Shown here: positions 51,670-64,000 of the stretch, one piece after another
Layout of the letters: each line of letters starts with the position of its first letter
Numbering within the stretch: position 1 is the first letter of the stretch
Notes under the pieces: generated by a model
Told to the model about the DNA's origin: nothing
The model's input: the letters and a program-made list of their open reading frames with translations, nothing else
Database searches by the model: none
NCBI GenBank assembly: GCA_964016885.1
Contig: OZ024743.1
Coordinates: 61,318,001 to 61,382,000, forward strand
Source: Eledone cirrhosa
Taxonomy: Eukaryota
Reading direction: 5' to 3'
DNA: 64,000 bases
Position numbers and translations under genes: made by a program

Positions 51670-51957
51670 ATATATATAAACAACTATCTGGTTGTGGAAC
51701 CAACCAACCAACCAGAAATTTATAATTTATAAGTTTGTAGATTTGTAAATTTATAAATTTGTAAATATATAATAAATTGAAGTGAAAGCAACTGGTGCGT
51801 GTGTTTCTTATTGGCAACATGACCCTCCCAAAGTATAACAATATCGGTTTCAACACACGATTTCAGATAAAGAATCTTGCTAAAAAAATTCAGAAACGAA
51901 TTATATATATATATTATATATATATTATATATATATATATACATACATATATATATA

Positions 51958-52025
<68 letters not shown>

Positions 52026-53657
52026 AGAATGATCGAGTATCGAAAAATCGGCGCACGAGTTCACGATAAACAAAATTCGAAATGAGCGGCAGAGGGCTCA
52101 ATGATTCAGATAAATCAGAGCTATAACTATCGTTAAAATACCGTCACACATAGAACAAGTCTAAAATCAACCGTACGATAAAAAAAATCGATAATAGAAG
52201 ATTCGGGACAATCAGATAAAAAATATCAATAAATCAATAAATCAATAAATCAATAGTTTAAATGAATGTAAAATCATACCCGGACCCACTAGAAAGGTGT
52301 TAAATCTAGCTTCTTGGGTTTCTGTAAATCCTTAGACTATATTCTATCAGCTCACATATAAATATATAAGACTTCTAGAACAAGCGGACTGGATATACTT
52401 CTTCAACGAGCTTCGTCCTAACGGAAAAGAGGCTAACCACAAGCAAAAAACGCACATGGAATTTGGCAAGGGAGATAACCTCTATATCCGCGAAAACTAT
52501 TCGAGGAAATGTGGAAATACACATATCGAATAAAAGTGCTCAATAGACATGTTAAAATAAAACAGGAGCTATTCATCACTCAATAGAATCGACAAAAAAT
52601 GAGCAATAAAATTAACTGGTGGATAGCTATGTCCAGAGCTAAAAATATTAGAATGATCGAGTATCGAAAAATCGGCGCACGAGTTCACGATAAACAAAAT
52701 TCGAAATGAGCGGCAGAGGGCTCAATGATTCAGATAAATCAGAGCTATAACTATCGTTAAAATACCGTCACACATAGAACAAGTCTAAAATCAACCGTAC
52801 GATAAAAAAATCGATAATAGAAGATTCGGGACAATCAGATAAAAAATATCAATAAATCAATAAATCAATAGTTTAAATGAATGTAAAATCATACCCGTAC
52901 CCACTAGAAAGGTGTTAAATCTAGCTTCTTGGGTTTCTGTAAATCCTTAGACTATATTCTATCAGCTCACATATAAATATATAAGACTTCTAGAACAAGC
53001 GGACTGGATATACTTCTTCAACGAGCTTCGTCCTAACGGAAAAGAGGCTAACCACAAGCAAAAAACGCACATGGAATTTGGCAAGGGAGATAACCTCTAT
53101 ATCCGCGAAAACTATTCGAGGAAATGTGGAAATACACATATCGAATAAAAGTGCTCAATAGACATGTTAAAATAAAACAGGAGCTATTCATCACTCAATA
53201 GAATCGACAAAAAATGAGCAATAAAATTAACTGGTGGATAGCTATGTCCAGAGCTAAAAATATTAGAATGATCGAGTATCGAAAAATCGGCGCACGAGTT
53301 CACGATAAACAAAATTCGAAATGAGCGGCAGAGGGCTCAATGATTCAGATAAATCAGAGCTATAACTATCGTTAAAATACCGTCACACATAGAACATGTC
53401 TAAAATCAACCGTACGATAAAAAAATCGATAATAGAAGATTCGGGACAATCAGATAAAAAATATCAATAAATCAATAAATCAATAAATCAATAGTTTAAA
53501 TGAATGTAAAATCATACCCGGACCCACTAGAAAGGTGTTAAATCTAGCTTCTTGGGTTTCTGTAAATCCTTAGACTATATCCTATCAGCTCACATATAAA
53601 TATATAAGACTTCTAGAACAAGCGGACTGGATATACTTCTTCAACGAGCTTCGTCCT
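52026..53657. repeat. Tandem repeat, ~620-bp unit x 2.6, bounded by (TA)n
   Basis: AGAATGATCGAGTATCGAAAAATCGG at 52026, 52650 and 53265; units nearly identical. Confidence 0.95.
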
Positions 53658-54745
<1,088 letters not shown>

Positions 54746-54906
54746 AAAAAAACAAAAACAAAAAAAAAACCCTTTTGGAGGGAGACTACTCTTTATCCAC
54801 CTAAATTTAACTCTTTGACATTAGAGAAAGAACAGATAGTCTCTACCATTTCCTGTCAGCATGACTTGGCAAGCTATTTCGAACACTGGTTTGAGAGCTT
54901 TACTTC

Positions 54907-54941
54907 CCTCTGAAGAAGAGATATTATCTCGAAAATTAAGG
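54907..54941 (+). ncRNA. Minimal type I hammerhead ribozyme
   Basis: ccu CUGAAGA a gagau-auu-aucuc GAAA au UA agg. Confidence 0.68.
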
Positions 54942-55100
54942 ACATTTAAATAAATATAAGGTAAAAGACTAATTATCAACAATATCTTTTGCATTTGCAT
55001 TCTTTATTCTATGTCCATACCTGCATTGTTTTGGCTTTATTATACATATACAAACGTTTATACCTCATTACACAATGCTTCAAGTGAACTATAACCTCCT

Positions 55101-55183
<83 letters not shown>

Positions 55184-55766
55184 GTGTCATCAAATGTTGT
55201 ACACACATGAGTGTCATCAAATGTTGTACACACATAGATATTTTTTTCAATTTCCAATTGAGTTCTTAGCACGTGGCCTGAATTCCCTTCAGAGTTCATT
55301 GTCATGCGCATGTATTGTTTTTTTTTGCGGTAATTTACTTCCTCATTTTAGAATCAGTTTGAAAACTTCTTTAGAACTGCTGGACTGGCAACCTGACAGA
55401 TACCTCAGGCACAGATGATGATTATCGCTAAATACGGTTAGATTATCAATATTAGTATTATTGGGTTACCCACTGATGAATTATAGGAGCCCACTTGAAT
55501 ATATATCTATTGATGGTATACAAGCTCCTACATAAATTGGTATAAATTCACCCAAATTGTAGGAATCCTATAATGAAACGAGACGTCAGTCTGGGAAAAG
55601 ATATATTCGATATGTCTCATATGAAATAATACAGCCAATTTTCCACGCAATACTTTTAGTTAGCACCCCGACCGCATAATTGGGAATATAATCACTTATT
55701 TCCTAATGTTTGTTGAGTGAGTTGGAATTTGGCCGGAGTATCGCTAAAAAGCTTTCTCCAATATTG

Positions 55767-59706
<3,940 letters not shown>

Positions 59707-60743
59707 CTGTTTCGACTCTGTTTCGACTCTGATGCTTATGATGAACTTGGCAATATATTGTCAATTAACTTTGAAAGGCTGATCTCTGTGGCCGATTTGC
59801 GTTGCATACTATGTTTTATTTTTATTATTTTTTAATATTTTGTAATATTTTTTATTTTTAATATTAAATGTTTTAGTTTTCTGTTTATTTATTTATTTTC
59901 CTGTCTCTGATATTTTTATTTTTATTTTTATTTTTATTTTTATTAATATATTGAAATCTGTTCTCTATTTCTGCTTGATCGACAATCATGTAGAGTAAAA
60001 ACAAGAATAGTATTGTTAAAATTAATATAGACTCTATATATATGTGTATATATACACACATATATGTATACTTGAATTTTTATAGCACAATGAGAATGTT
60101 TTCGTGTGAATTGGGAGTTTGTTTATAATTATGATATAAACATATGAATTTTTAAAAACTAGACATAAGATCATTACTTTTCACACATTATAGATACATG
60201 TCTCATTCATGAATACTGATATTTACATTATAATGCCTGTTTTATACGAACTAATATTTTCTACAGGATGAAACATAGCGTTTTTAAATTCTGCCTCGTT
60301 TATGTCTGGTTATTTTTCATTTTCTCTTTTTCATTTTCTCTTTTTTCTCTCTATATAACGGCTATTTTCTCTCTTAACTACATACATCTCTCTTTACATT
60401 AATACTAGAGCTAAATAAATAAATAAATAAATAAATAAATGTATCAACCGATACTCAACTTCCTAGTTTCTCTATCTATCTCTATCTATCTCTTTCTTTT
60501 TTCCTCTCTCTATATATATTTCTCTCTGTTTTTTTACATGAAGTTCTTCTCTTTATCTATCTTTCTATATCTCTCTATTTAGTCACATGCATTTCTTCTT
60601 TTTCTTCGTTTCTCTTTCTTTCTTTCTTTCTCTCTTTCTTTTTACAACTGTCCACAAAATTTTTTACTGCCAAATCAACCTCCCAAATGCAAGGTGATTG
60701 AAAGGTATGTCGTATCTATTTATTTATAAGACTGTTTATATTG

Positions 60744-60809
60744 TATTTTGTCTGAAGAAGGCATAACATATTGTTAATATGATATCCCTGAAATATATAT
60801 AACGAAATA
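60744..60809 (+). ncRNA. Type I hammerhead ribozyme, same family as 34907-34968
   Basis: uauuuugu CUGAAGA agg..cauauu-guu-aauaug..ccu GAAA uauaua UA acgaaaua. Confidence 0.72.
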
Positions 60810-60869
60810 AATATGGTTTTATAAATATAGTTTCCATTTATTTAATATCATATATATATATATATATTT

Positions 60870-61173
60870 TGAGCTGACTTTTGGGATGCTCCCATACAGC
60901 TCTGAGTTTTTCATCCTCAGTGTATACTGATTAATGTTCAGAGCCATCCTCAGCATGCTCAGCATTCTCCACCATCTGAGTGAGTTTCTTGGTCAGTGTC
61001 CAAGTCTCAGACCCATACAGCAGCACAGACTCCACTACAGCAATGAAGAGGCGGATTTTCAAGTCTCTACGAAGGTCCAACTTCCACACCGATCTCAAGC
61101 TGTGGCACTTAGAGGAGACTGAGGTTGGCTGGACATGCTCACCGACATCCAGAGTTGACATTGCACTCAGTGC
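60870..61173 (-). mobile_element. RTE-like LINE fragment
   Basis: [38 protein letters not shown]. Confidence 0.8.
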
Positions 61174-62790
<1,617 letters not shown>

Positions 62791-62965
62791 TTTAATTAGA
62801 AAGTAAACAACACAATATAAAACTACTCCATTACCAAAGGTTTCAGGACCTAGACAATATTAATATACGTCTAGATCTTTCATCACTTTCTAATTAAATA
62901 GCTCTCTTTTTTCCTTTGCCTTTTCTTCGGAAATACCTAACACACACACACACATACACACACAC

Positions 62966-63003
<38 letters not shown>

Positions 63004-64000
63004 CACTCTCCAAAATTTTCTTTTCTCCTTAACTTGTTTTTCTAATTTTCCCCGTTTTTTCTTCTCATCACTCTTTACTTGCTATTTACATTCTATTTCT
63101 AACTGTATCTAACTCTATCTTCTGATGACGGACTAGTGTCCAAAAAGTTAAGACTCTCTTCCTGCTATTTCAAGCGTTAAACTATTATATGTTTCTATGT
63201 ACCCATGTACTGTGTCATTTTGTTAATTTTGATCTTTTTGTCTATTTAGGTAAATTTACCAATGTATCTATTTTCGGATGAAAACAAAAACAACAATAGC
63301 AGTCCAAAGATAGATAGATAGATTGTGGAACACATTTCTTTAATAACAATTAATGAGGAGCAATAAAAAAACCCCGTACAATGAGAGGTAATAGAGGAGG
63401 GTAAGACATTGTAAGACTGATTATGATCTATCACGATTGTGATTTAACAAAAACCTTATCAGGTGTTGAAAACATTTCATCCACAACAAGATAACTTCTT
63501 GTATTGAAAAAAACAAGATATAGGCATGATATAAATATGGATTATCATTTATGATATGAATATGGATTATCAAATCAAGGACCAAGAAGCTGCAGATATA
63601 CGGGGTCCATGGGGCTATAGACACATACAAATATAATATCAGTGAGGTATACAATGTAATAAAATATTTCGGTGATTATAACTTATACTTACTTATTTGT
63701 CCTTTTGGCGGCGTTCACTTCTATAGAGAAGAGCTCGAACAGGTTAACTGCATGACATCTTGAGCACGTATCTTTAACTCGAGCCCTGTGCATTAAGTTT
63801 GGTGAACGGAAATGTCGGGCAGGCGATCAGATGGACTGTATCTATAATTCAAAGTTCAGTCTCGTGCTACACTGTGTCAACTGAATTTCATTGATTATGA
63901 TGCTAAGAACACACGTGTTTGTGGAATGCTCAGTCACTTACACATTATTTTAACGAGTAAGTCGTTCCGGTGATCAAGCAAAAAGAACACTCAACGGAGA

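Larger units (their letters stand above)
49765..51900. mobile_element. Penelope-like element as a 2.1-kb head-to-head inverted duplication in (TA)n
   Basis: Arms 49765-50772 / 50815-51844 nearly identical; each has GIY-YIG ORF remnant, 3' UTR and hammerhead; 56-bp tail only on the right. Confidence 0.93.

Noticed and set aside
55430-55700. Possible very degenerate PLE RT fragment on the minus strand
   Set aside because: Only a faint IGSYNLGE-like match across frameshifts; too weak to call

Overview
AT-rich, repeat-saturated animal DNA with no recognisable host gene. The two SINE families and the microsatellite load resemble octopus/cephalopod genomes (inference). 1-10.4 kb is an alternating array of two non-LTR retrotransposons that share (ATT/TAA)n tracts on opposite strands: a Tx1-group (L1 clade) element, present as one apparently intact two-ORF copy (4054-10080) and one deleted copy, and 5'-truncated R4/Dong-like RT+RLE elements. 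The rest is a graveyard of Penelope-like element (PLE) remnants embedded in (TA)n tracts, plus tRNA-derived SINEs, RTE- and CRE-like LINE fragments, a second Tx1 family, a mariner-type MITE and a ~620-bp tandem repeat. The main signal absent from the ORF track is RNA-level. About a dozen near-canonical minimal type I hammerhead ribozyme folds (CUGANGA...GAAA..UH), plus degenerate ones, can be read by eye in PLE 3' ends. Many lie in fold-back (inverted-duplication) insertions, including a 2.1-kb palindrome whose centre is a 12-mer reiterated four times. All folds and family assignments were made by eye, and boundaries of degenerate repeats are approximate.
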